64,000 nucleotides of DNA, from NCBI GenBank assembly GCA_964355135.1, contig CAYHCG010000001.1, positions 18,138-82,137 of the forward strand. Reading direction: 5' to 3'. Positions 8,535 to 16,715 of the stretch are shown here, one piece after another (position 1 is the stretch's first letter; each line of letters starts with the position of its first letter). A program made the position numbers and the translations under genes. The notes beneath the pieces were generated by a model. That model saw only the letters and a program-made list of their open reading frames with translations, made no database searches and was not told the DNA's origin. This DNA comes from Candidatus Woesearchaeota archaeon. GTDB taxonomy: Archaea > Nanobdellota > Nanobdellia > Pacearchaeales > GW2011-AR1.

Positions 8535-9692
8535 ATGAAGAAAGGGATATTGTTAGCAGTTTTTGTTATGCTTATGCTGAGCATTCTATTTGTTTCTGTA
8601 TTTGCTGAAAGCGGCAATGGAAATGACGATGATGATTCTAACCGTGAGGATTCTGATGACGATTCCGACAGTGATGATGAAGAAGATGATTCCGATAGTG
8701 ATGATGACGATTCTGACGATGAAGACGATTCTAATTCAGATGACGAATTAGACAAATATAAGTTTGAAAAAGAAGAAAAGTTTGTGGACGAGAATGGAAA
8801 TGTTGTAGTAGTCAAGAGCAAGATAGAGATAGAAGGAGATAATGTTAAGAAAAAGATAAAGGTTACTTCAGGAGATGAAGAATATGAAGTTGAGACAGAA
8901 CTAGAAGTTGAAGAGGATGAATCAAAGGAGAAAATTAAAGTTAAAAGCTCTTCAGGGGCACAGAAGTTAATTAATGTTATGCCGAACGATGCCTTCAATA
9001 TTGCAATGCAGGAACTGGGGAGCGAAGATATCACCCTTGTTTTAAGTGAAGTTGATGGTGAGATTGTCTATGCAGCTGAAACGGAAAAAGAAGGAAAATT
9101 GCTTGGGATAATCAAGAAGAAAATGAAGTTAGAAATGGAGATTGATGCAGAGACAGGCGAAATTATCAAAATAAAGAAGAAATGGTGGGCTATTTTTGTT
9201 TCTGGAGAGGACGATATTCAGTTAGGAGATAAGGTCACTATATGCCATTTATCTTCCGGAGATGATGAAGATGATGATGGAAATGAGACAGAAGACGATT
9301 CTGACGATGAAGACGATTCCGATAGCGATGACGACTCCTTTATGCATACAATAACAATCGGAAGCCCTGCAGTAAAGGCTCATTTGAAGCATGGAGACTA
9401 TCTTGGCGCATGCGAAACTGATAACAATGGGGTAGATGGGAATGAGACTTTATTTGTCAATATCCAAAGTCCACAAAACGCTGCCTACAATGTGAGCGAG
9501 ATACTAGTCAATATATCCTCAAACGGAATGGTTACTTATTCTATAAACAATGCAAGCGTTGATAATTACACTTCTAGTGTGATAAAGACTTTTGTTAACG
9601 GAACAAATTCGGTGGAAGCTTTTGCAGTCCTGAATAATGAAACTGCAACCGACAGCGTTGTCTTTAGCGTGACGTTGGATATTTTTCAATAA
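8535..9692 (+). CDS. secreted acidic protein with PepSY-like module and CH..AHLxHGDYLGxC motif (paralog 2)
   Basis: Signal peptide and two poly-D/E/S tracts. IVYAAETEKEGKLLGIIKKKMKLEMEIDAETGEIIKIKKKWWAIFVS and VTICHLSSG..VKAHLKHGDYLGAC align with 7504..8343. Confidence 0.6.
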   Translation: MKKGILLAVFVMLMLSILFVSVFAESGNGNDDDDSNREDSDDDSDSDDEEDDSDSDDDDSDDEDDSNSDDELDKYKFEKEEKFVDENGNVVVVKSKIEIEGDNVKKKIKVTSGDEEYEVETELEVEEDESKEKIKVKSSSGAQKLINVMPNDAFNIAMQELGSEDITLVLSEVDGEIVYAAETEKEGKLLGIIKKKMKLEMEIDAETGEIIKIKKKWWAIFVSGEDDIQLGDKVTICHLSSGDDEDDDGNETEDDSDDEDDSDSDDDSFMHTITIGSPAVKAHLKHGDYLGACETDNNGVDGNETLFVNIQSPQNAAYNVSEILVNISSNGMVTYSINNASVDNYTSSVIKTFVNGTNSVEAFAVLNNETATDSVVFSVTLDIFQ

Positions 9693-9723
9693 TACAGAAT
9701 TGAATGTAACTTTAAATAGTCTG

Positions 9724-9753
9724 CTTCGAAACCTTTAAATTTGGGTTTTTGCT
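9724..9753 (+). repeat. 30-nt repeat copy 2 (cttcgaaacctttaaatttgggtttttgct), contains the TATA box of the next gene
   Basis: Matches 8352..8381 with one mismatch. Confidence 0.9.
9734..9741 (+). promoter_or_regulatory. TATA-like box (tttaaatt) about 26 nt upstream of ATG 9763
   Basis: Position and composition. It lies inside the 30-nt repeat. Confidence 0.45.
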
Positions 9754-9762
9754 TATAGAGTA

Positions 9763-10212
9763 ATGCTTTCAAGAACTCATTTAGCTATTGGTTTAGCGGT
9801 CTCACTTTATTTTCTGCCTCATGTAGTAAACAAGATCGTTTTTATCCCGATTGTTTTAGTGGCGAGCCTACTGCCGGATATTGATTCGGGATATTCTAAA
9901 CTGGGTAAAAAGAAGATTTTTATGCCGGTACAAATGCTTTCAAATCACAGGGGCATTTTTCATACCTATACTTTATGTATTGTAGCATCAATTTTGCTTA
10001 CTTTTATCTATCCTGTTTCTGCATTGCCTTTCTTTTTGGGATATTCCTTTCACTTAATTGCAGATTCTTTCACACCTCAAGGGATAAGGCCTTTCTGGCC
10101 TTTGCGAGTTAGGGTTGCTGGAGGAATAAAGACTGGAGGAAGTATTGATACAACAATATTCTATATTTCTCTGATAGTTGCAGCGGCGTTACTAGTTAGT
10201 TTGTTTTTGTAA
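9763..10212 (+). CDS. membrane-bound metal-dependent hydrolase (YdjM/DUF457 family)
   Basis: LLPDIDS, HRGIFHT and HLIADSFTPQGI motifs across 4-5 TM helices. Confidence 0.65.
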   Translation: MLSRTHLAIGLAVSLYFLPHVVNKIVFIPIVLVASLLPDIDSGYSKLGKKKIFMPVQMLSNHRGIFHTYTLCIVASILLTFIYPVSALPFFLGYSFHLIADSFTPQGIRPFWPLRVRVAGGIKTGGSIDTTIFYISLIVAAALLVSLFL

Positions 10213-10234
10213 AAGCTTATAGAATTCGGCGATT

Positions 10235-11143
10235 TTAACGCAGTTTTAAAGAGTCTAATATTTTTTTATGCAATATATGATTGCCTGCGGCGATATAAGA
10301 AAACGGAGTGGTCATATTATTGACATTAGTGATATCTTTTCCATCCAGGTCAGTAAATTTTCCACCTCCTTCTTCTATTAGCATTTTTGCACCTATCCAA
10401 TTTTCAGGAGTGGAAATGTTTCTTGCATCAATGTATGCGTCAACTCCGCTAATTTCTCCTAAGTCTCCCATACACACATTCATTAATTCTAAGCTTGCGG
10501 ATCCAATTCTTCTTAAGTGTTTAAATTTTCTTTCTGGATAGAGTAAAGGCAGGACTTTGTTTATCCCTTTCGCCCCATTTTGATCTATGCCTCCAGCTTC
10601 ATTTAGTCCAAAATCAAGATCTATTTCTACACAGGCTTTTGATAAATCGATATTTTTTGAGCCGCTAACCATTATTTTCTCATATTTGCTGAATATTCCT
10701 TTGTAATAAACTCCCTTTCCCTTTATACCCATGACAACCGAGCCCGTCATTAAACTTCCGATTAATGCAAATTGAACATCGTTGGCATTGAAATTTTTAT
10801 CTTTTTTGTATTTCAGACCAGCAATACTAAAGGCAGACCCTTCTATTCTCTTCTTTAGATTAGTGGACCCATCTATTGGATCTACAATAAGTAGATATTC
10901 CGGTTTTTTGGAAACTTCTATATCTCCTTTTTCTTCGCTTTTAATAAAAACGGGTAATTTATTCTCTCTGCAATAATCAACTACTTTTCTTTCAGTTTCT
11001 AAATCAAATTTAACTGCCACATCGGTCTTTTTATTTGCTATCTCTGCCCCGCCCCGATTTTCATATCCTGCTTGGTTTATTATAAAATTTCTGACAACGC
11101 TAAATATTTCTAAACAATGATCTAACATACTTTCTTGTTTCAT
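10235..11143 (-). CDS. inositol monophosphatase family protein
   Basis: IVDPIDGSTNL metal-binding motif and the later G.GSASLEL region. The start overlaps the upstream MIPS stop by 4 nt (ATGA). Confidence 0.8.
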   Translation of the reverse strand: MKQESMLDHCLEIFSVVRNFIINQAGYENRGGAEIANKKTDVAVKFDLETERKVVDYCRENKLPVFIKSEEKGDIEVSKKPEYLLIVDPIDGSTNLKKRIEGSAFSIAGLKYKKDKNFNANDVQFALIGSLMTGSVVMGIKGKGVYYKGIFSKYEKIMVSGSKNIDLSKACVEIDLDFGLNEAGGIDQNGAKGINKVLPLLYPERKFKHLRRIGSASLELMNVCMGDLGEISGVDAYIDARNISTPENWIGAKMLIEEGGGKFTDLDGKDITNVNNMTTPFSYIAAGNHILHKKILDSLKLR

Positions 11144-12222
11144 TTTTTTTCACTAATAAATTTCATTAACCCGACGTAAGCTTCATCGTCGGTATATTGT
11201 TTGAGCGGCCTTTTAAATCCAAATGCCGATACCATCTCTAAATTTCCTTTTATTCCTCGATCCATTGCTAATTTGACACATCTTATCATATCGACCATAA
11301 TTCCTGCGCTATTTGGGCTGTCTTCAACTGATAATCTTACTTCAATGTTCATTGGAATGCCTCCAAAATTCTCTCCTTCAAGTCTCATAAAGCTTACTTT
11401 GTTGTCCTTTAACCAAGGAATGAACGCACTAGGGCTTATATGGATATTATTTTTATCTAGGGGTTTAACTAATTGAGATTGAACAGCTTCTGTTTTGCTT
11501 ATGTTCTTTTGCTTTAATCTGGTTTTATCGCTTAGGTTCATAAAATCTGTATTTCCTCCTGTGTTTAATTGATAGGTGGACTTTAATTCTACTCCTCTTT
11601 TTGTAAACATATTAGCCAGGGCCCTGTGAGTTATTGTTGCTCCAACTTGTGATTTGACATCATCTCCAATACAAATAAGTCCTCTTTCCTCAAACTTTTT
11701 AATATATTTCGGATCTGAGGCAATGAAAACAGGAATTGCGTTTATGAAGTTAACATTTGCCTCTAAGCAGGCATTTACAACATTCTCTGTAGCCATTTGG
11801 CTTCCAACTGGGAGATAATTAATTAACATGTCTGGTTTTGTTTCCTTGAGAACTTTAGCTATATCAACAGGTTTTTTCTCGCTTTCTACATATCTTAAAT
11901 CTTCTTCATATTCCAGCATATGTTTAGGAAAACCATCAAGAGTTGGAGCCATTTGGACTATCACTTTGGTGTTTTCAACACTTTTATTAAAAATCTTTGT
12001 GTTATTCGGTTTTTGAAAAATCGCTTTTGATAGTTCCATTCCTACTTTTCTTTTATCAATATCGAAGGCCGCTACAACTTTAATGTCGGATGGCTTGTAT
12101 CCTCCGATTATATCATTAAGTAGTCCTGGAACATTCTTTTCTCCGATACTCTTACAATATGATATTCCTTGAATTAGGCTAGATGCACAGTTTCCAATTC
12201 CAACTATTGCAATTTTTATCAT
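11140..12222 (-). CDS. ino1: myo-inositol-1-phosphate synthase (Ino1-type)
   Basis: N-terminus IAIVGIGNCASSLIQGI..VPGL...VVAAFDIDKRKVG closely follows the bacterial/archaeal Ino1 pattern (AIVGVGNCASSLVQG). Confidence 0.85.
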   Translation of the reverse strand: MIKIAIVGIGNCASSLIQGISYCKSIGEKNVPGLLNDIIGGYKPSDIKVVAAFDIDKRKVGMELSKAIFQKPNNTKIFNKSVENTKVIVQMAPTLDGFPKHMLEYEEDLRYVESEKKPVDIAKVLKETKPDMLINYLPVGSQMATENVVNACLEANVNFINAIPVFIASDPKYIKKFEERGLICIGDDVKSQVGATITHRALANMFTKRGVELKSTYQLNTGGNTDFMNLSDKTRLKQKNISKTEAVQSQLVKPLDKNNIHISPSAFIPWLKDNKVSFMRLEGENFGGIPMNIEVRLSVEDSPNSAGIMVDMIRCVKLAMDRGIKGNLEMVSAFGFKRPLKQYTDDEAYVGLMKFISEKK

Positions 12223-12296
12223 ACTATATCTTGGGCAATATTATTCTTAAATGTTTTGGGTAAATTTATTAAGGAATAAATTTATTATAATACTGT

Positions 12297-13166
12297 ATGG
12301 ATCATAGCAAAGAATTTGGCAAAATTAAGAAATTTATGAAAAATCCCAATGTACGAGAATATATTCTCTCAAATTTAAGGAAAAGTATGGCTATTTTAGG
12401 ACACTCTAAAGAATTTATTAAAGATCTGGATGAATTTTTTAATACAATAGATGTAGAAAAATTTACTAAGAAATATAATAAAGATCTTATTAAATTTAAT
12501 ACTATGGGGTGGGTGCAGGTAATGGAACCTAGAAATTTTGAGAGACATGTTCTTCCAAATATACCTCCGACCCGTAAATTGCTAGATATTGGATGTGGAA
12601 CTGGGATACTTCTTCATATTTTGCAAAAATCTAAGTCTATTAAAGGGCTAGTCGGGATAGATATTGATCCTTATCCCGAATGGAAAGAATATAGAAATGA
12701 GAAACTTACTTTAGAAGTTGTAAAGCCTCAGCAGTTTGATGATTTCTTGAAAAATTGCGGGGCTGATGGGATTGTCATGACCTGGGTTTTGCATCACATG
12801 GAATTTGATGAACAGGAGAAATATCTAAAACAGATATATAAGTCATTTGATAAAATAACATTAACTATTTTAGAGGATACTTATTCCGATATTAAACCTT
12901 TAACTGAAGATATTGGAGCAAATAAGGAGTTTAAGAAATTGACATCTAAAGAAAAAATGATGGCCCTTTCAGTTAATGACTGGTTTGCCAATAGGCCACT
13001 ACTACAAAGAATGGTTGAACCAATTCCATTTACTTATAGGACAATGGAAGATTGGGAAATTCTATTTAAGAAAGTGGGATTTAAAATAAAGAAATCTGAA
13101 TATATAGGATTTCCAAAAGACAGAGACGTTAATAATCCTCAAGGGTTGTTTGTTATTGAGAAATAA
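12297..13166 (+). CDS. class I SAM-dependent methyltransferase
   Basis: Motif I, LLDIGCGTGILL, followed by an acidic loop GIDID. Confidence 0.75.
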   Translation: MDHSKEFGKIKKFMKNPNVREYILSNLRKSMAILGHSKEFIKDLDEFFNTIDVEKFTKKYNKDLIKFNTMGWVQVMEPRNFERHVLPNIPPTRKLLDIGCGTGILLHILQKSKSIKGLVGIDIDPYPEWKEYRNEKLTLEVVKPQQFDDFLKNCGADGIVMTWVLHHMEFDEQEKYLKQIYKSFDKITLTILEDTYSDIKPLTEDIGANKEFKKLTSKEKMMALSVNDWFANRPLLQRMVEPIPFTYRTMEDWEILFKKVGFKIKKSEYIGFPKDRDVNNPQGLFVIEK

Positions 13167-13223
13167 ATCTAATTAATATAAATAATTTTCTTTAAATTAA
13201 CCTTAATTTTTCTGATATTCATT

Positions 13224-13700
13224 TTAGTAAACACCTAGAGCAGGCAAAATTCCACCTAAAACTAAAAGAAGTATAAACAATAAGTCTTTCAACCATTTTG
13301 AAGAAAAAGTGTCGCTTTTTTCTACAATTTCAAACACAGAATAAAGCAACGCCATAAATATATTTACGCCAAAGAATAATAAACTAATATTAATACTTAC
13401 AAATATCTGCAGAAATATTCCAATGACATTTAAGAGCATTGCATATCCTACAAGATAAGTATAAAATCCTAATTTTCTCCAAGCCTTATTAAAAGAACGA
13501 GTTATTATTTTTAATTTGGCAGAACAAGAAGTTATCAATAAAGGAATAACAAGTGTTAATTCTGTAGCTAAGAAGATATTTTGTTTCAATAATTCAGGGC
13601 TATTGGTAACAACTAAAGTAAATAAAACAAAAGCAATCCCTAATAATGCTAGATTAATATCAATTCTTGGACCAATATCTGATATTTTGCCTCCTTTCAT
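13224..13700 (-). CDS. hypothetical polytopic membrane protein
   Basis: The listed ORF (to 13862) runs into the tRNA gene. Met55 (MKGGKISDIG) gives a non-overlapping start. Four to five hydrophobic helices. Confidence 0.5.
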   Translation of the reverse strand: MKGGKISDIGPRIDINLALLGIAFVLFTLVVTNSPELLKQNIFLATELTLVIPLLITSCSAKLKIITRSFNKAWRKLGFYTYLVGYAMLLNVIGIFLQIFVSINISLLFFGVNIFMALLYSVFEIVEKSDTFSSKWLKDLLFILLLVLGGILPALGVY

Positions 13701-13796
13701 AATCTGTATAATTTCTCTAGATATATAAAGATTGCTTGAATAATTTCTCAATGATTCAAGAAGGCGCGATCCTCCGGAATATTGAGAAATAATAAA

Positions 13797-13970
13797 TGCT
13801 CCTGCCGGGATTTGAACCCGGGTTTCGGCCGTTCTCCGTGCCGAAAGAATATCTTTGGGCACTAAATAATGAAAGTACCTGTCCCGAGCGGGACTGAGAT
13901 TATCATCTTTAGTCGAATTAAATCTCGGCAGTCGAGAGGGCCGGGTGCTTGACCACTACACTACAAGAGC
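13797..13970 (-). tRNA. tRNA-Glu(CUC) with an intron of about 101 nt in or next to the anticodon loop
   Basis: Hand fold of the minus strand:
- Acceptor GCTCTTG/CAGGAGC plus discriminator A.
- D arm GTGT-AGTGGTCAA-GCAC.
- Anticodon stem CGGCC...GGCCG, loop CTCTCGA (anticodon CTC).
- T arm CCGGG-TTCAAAT-CCCGG.
- The two anticodon-stem halves are separated by about 101 nt.
- No encoded CCA. Confidence 0.75.
13831..13932 (-). other. tRNA intron (boundaries +/-1 nt; position 37/38 or 38/39)
   Basis: This is the sequence between the loop CTCTCG(A) and the 3' stem half GGCCG. TCTC/GAGA and TGCCGA/TCGGCA helices flank short bulges, consistent with a relaxed bulge-helix-bulge. An internal hairpin is GTCCCG..CGGGAC. 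Confidence 0.6.
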
Positions 13971-14068
13971 ATAATAAATAGAAAGTTAAACCCTTTAAAA
14001 GAGTTGTGATTTTCTTTATTATAAGATATTACATAAAACTTTATATAATGGAATGGGTTATGTAGTTG

Positions 14069-14887
14069 ATGTTAACAAGAAGAAGTTTTCTTGAAATCTC
14101 AGGAGGGGCTATTACAAGTTTGATTGTCCCCCGATGTGTTCCAATTGGCGGAGGGAATGGCGGAGGAAATTATGGGGGAAACTCTGGAGGAAGCATCAAT
14201 CCTGAAGATTTTACAGAGCCTAATGATTTTCTTTATAGATCTGAAGTGGATTCAATATTAAGTCAATTAGAATCTAGAATAGCTCAGACAGGAGTTCAGG
14301 ATTATCCTTTATTTCTCTCACAAGCTAGAGATCCCCCTCATGTTGCAGGGAATTATGAAATTGTTGATGGGCTTCAATTGGTCCCCGTGCAAGGGCCGTT
14401 CGCAACAGGAAATTTAAGATGGTTTGATCAGACTTCTGAAGGACATATAAGAACTGATTATAATCAATTTTTAGGAAATTCAACTCAGGCAGGATTTTCA
14501 TCATTAGGGGAGATAATAAGGGGAGAAAGACAAGCATATTCTTTTGAAGGAGATACAGTTGATGTGTTTACAATTTATTCCCTTATGCATTCGACAACTA
14601 GCAGTGGAGCGGGAGGATGTGGCATAACTTCGGCAGTTATTCTTGATGGATTTATTGGTGAAGAAGAGGGAATTAAAGCAGGTTTAGTGAATTATGTTAC
14701 TGCTCCTTTATCTGACACAGGTTGCGGCAGTTATGCTACTGCAGGAGCATTTATTTTTATAGAAGAAGGGTATGGCTATTTATTAGAAGGAAAGGCAAAG
14801 GAATCTAAATTCTCACGATTGATTGAAGGGTTTGGAAAATCAGGTGCGAATAAATCAGTCGATATCTTGGGAAGAGAAAGAGATTAA
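14069..14887 (+). CDS. hypothetical secreted protein with twin-arginine-like signal
   Basis: MLTRRSFLEISGGAI (S/T-R-R-x-F-L) followed by a Gly/Asn-rich linker. The listed start at 14066 is TTG; ATG is at 14069. Confidence 0.5.
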   Translation: MLTRRSFLEISGGAITSLIVPRCVPIGGGNGGGNYGGNSGGSINPEDFTEPNDFLYRSEVDSILSQLESRIAQTGVQDYPLFLSQARDPPHVAGNYEIVDGLQLVPVQGPFATGNLRWFDQTSEGHIRTDYNQFLGNSTQAGFSSLGEIIRGERQAYSFEGDTVDVFTIYSLMHSTTSSGAGGCGITSAVILDGFIGEEEGIKAGLVNYVTAPLSDTGCGSYATAGAFIFIEEGYGYLLEGKAKESKFSRLIEGFGKSGANKSVDILGRERD

Positions 14888-15855
14888 TTTGAAGGGAAAT
14901 AAAGATCCTTATGTTCTTTTGAGACATGGAGAACTAAATAATCATTTATTATATCTCCAAATTTGGATTTAATTTCTCGGATGACAGTATTAAGTTCTTT
15001 TGTATTTAATACTTCTAAATCTATTTCAAAGTCCCCTCCTCCTAGGACTTCTTCTTGATAGATTATATTGGGATGGGTGATTATATAATTTCTAAACTCC
15101 TTCTCTTTTTCTTTTGAAACATTCATTAGGATAAAACTTATCTTGAAATATTCGTAACCTAATTTCTCTACATCAAAGAAAGTCCTATATCCAACTATTA
15201 TCTTCTCTTTCTCTAGTTTTCTTAGATGCGAGATTATTGTTTTAGGAGATAACTTGAGGGATTTTGATATATCTATAATTTGGGCTCTGGAGTCAGTTGA
15301 AAGTATTTTTATCAACTTTTCATCTATACTGTCCAAATCTACTTTGGTTGGGAGTATAGAGTTTTCTATTTCCTCAATTGTTTTTACTCCGCCTAGTAAG
15401 TAAGCTCTAGAGAAGTAAGTGGACTTTGTAATAATAGTAAATGATCTCTCTCCGAAGTAATTTATATATTTAGAAAAGAGTTCTTCCCAGAGAGAGTTCA
15501 TCTCAGTTATGCTCTTTGTTACGATGATTGCCCCGATATTATATAACCCTTCCATTGAACCTAGCCAGATGACGCTTTCTTTCTTTCTTAGAAACTCTAT
15601 TATCTCCATTTCTTTTTTTAAACTTGCATTCTGGAGATTGAAATAGAGTCTAAAATTAATATACCCTAACTTCCCTATGTCAATTATAGTGTTGAAACTT
15701 TTTATTATCCCTTCTTTTCTTAGATTGTCTATTCTGTATGAAATGGAATTCTTGCTTAGCCCCACTTTCTTTGCTAACTGATTAAAAGATCTGCGACAGT
15801 TACAATCTAATTCATGGAGGAGTTTTTTGTCTTTGAGGTCTAAATTATACGTCAT
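14884..15855 (-). CDS. tandem (duplicated) Lrp/AsnC-family transcriptional regulator
   Basis: Two HTH plus effector units: LDLKDKKLLHELDCNCRRSFNQLAKKVGLSKNSISYRIDNLRKEGII and LDSIDEKLIKILSTDSRAQIIDISKSLKLSPKTIISHLRKLEKEKII. Confidence 0.8.
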   Translation of the reverse strand: MTYNLDLKDKKLLHELDCNCRRSFNQLAKKVGLSKNSISYRIDNLRKEGIIKSFNTIIDIGKLGYINFRLYFNLQNASLKKEMEIIEFLRKKESVIWLGSMEGLYNIGAIIVTKSITEMNSLWEELFSKYINYFGERSFTIITKSTYFSRAYLLGGVKTIEEIENSILPTKVDLDSIDEKLIKILSTDSRAQIIDISKSLKLSPKTIISHLRKLEKEKIIVGYRTFFDVEKLGYEYFKISFILMNVSKEKEKEFRNYIITHPNIIYQEEVLGGGDFEIDLEVLNTKELNTVIREIKSKFGDIINDYLVLHVSKEHKDLYFPSN

Positions 15856-15966
15856 TGTTACATAAGTTACCTTTTATATTTAAACTTTACTCTTTTGTCC
15901 TAAAAATAGGTAATACATTTGATATAATGGGTATTCTTATAGATTCTATATATAGGAAAAAACATA

Positions 15967-16305
15967 ATGACAACATCACAAAGTCAATCTGATAGAATAG
16001 AAGGAAAGCTAAATATTCTTCTTAATAGGAGAGTTGCGGCTGGAGGAACTACCTTGCTTGTAGCTATGACCTATGTTAGCTCATGTGAAAGTAAGGGTAA
16101 ACTGGCAGATTTGAAATACCAAATGGACCAGATGCAGAGAAGCTATTCCCAGCAGGTAGCTGTACCGCAATTATCAAATCAACAAGTTGTTGGAAACGAG
16201 ACTATGGATAAATTCTATACAATTGATGGTCGACGAGCTTATGTTGAAATTGATGGAGAAGCGGTCGAAGACCATTTCAAAAATTATTGCGAGGAAGAAA
16301 AATGA
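15967..16305 (+). CDS. hypothetical membrane/lipoprotein-like protein, first gene of a coupled trio
   Basis: Hydrophobic segment ending VSSC. Its stop overlaps the next start (ATGA). Confidence 0.5.
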   Translation: MTTSQSQSDRIEGKLNILLNRRVAAGGTTLLVAMTYVSSCESKGKLADLKYQMDQMQRSYSQQVAVPQLSNQQVVGNETMDKFYTIDGRRAYVEIDGEAVEDHFKNYCEEEK

Positions 16306-16715
16306 CAAATATTGAAAGTGTTATAAATCGAAGAATGAGAAAGACAAGCAGTATTGTGCTTGGAATAACTTCAGCAGTAGCTATCTCATTTTTAGGAAAT
16401 GGAATTGGCGGTTGTAATGATGAAGATCAGCAGACAACTCAAAACTATGTCCAAGATAATGAAAATGATAATACTTCGCAAGTAACGCGTAGTGGGGGAG
16501 TCATATATAGGCCTTGGATTTATCATCCCATTTATGGATATCAATCTCCTGGTAGCCCCTTGTATAATCATGCAGTAGCAGGAGGAAGATCTCATGGCAG
16601 TGTTGCCGAGAATCATCATGGTGCCGCTTCTAAAAGCACCCCTGCGCCTAAAGGCAGCGGAACAACTAAAGGAGGGTTTGGAAGCATAGGGAAAGGCACG
16701 AGTGGAGGATCATAA
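16302..16715 (+). CDS. DUF1190 (YgiB/YjfM)-like lipoprotein
   Basis: The ATG at 16302 is preceded by GAGGAAG; the listed 16287 is TTG. Basic N-terminus, lipobox GIGGC, low-complexity middle and C-terminal TKGGFGSIGKGTSGGS. This resembles my recollection of the YgiB C-terminus (RGGFG...GG). The position upstream of a GspS-like gene mirrors ygiB-ygiC. Confidence 0.45.
   Translation: MTNIESVINRRMRKTSSIVLGITSAVAISFLGNGIGGCNDEDQQTTQNYVQDNENDNTSQVTRSGGVIYRPWIYHPIYGYQSPGSPLYNHAVAGGRSHGSVAENHHGAASKSTPAPKGSGTTKGGFGSIGKGTSGGS

Noticed and set aside
8507-9034. 175-aa Ser-rich ORF on the minus strand.
   Set aside because: It is the antisense shadow of the poly-Asp/Glu coding tract of 8535..9692. GAT/GAA repeats read as Ser/Leu-rich in reverse. 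It has no independent start context.
8600-9330. Short repeated GAT/GAC-rich units that could look like a repeat array.
   Set aside because: They are in-frame low-complexity acidic coding sequence. There is no repeat-spacer periodicity, so this is not a CRISPR array.
13701-13862. N-terminal 54 codons of the listed ORF 13224..13862.
   Set aside because: This stretch runs through the 3' exon and intron of the tRNA-Glu gene. An internal Met at 13700 gives a sensible membrane protein.
13831-13932. Possible C/D-box sRNA inside the tRNA intron (AGATGATAA).
   Set aside because: There is no exact TGATGA C box, and there is no CTGA D box anywhere in the intron.
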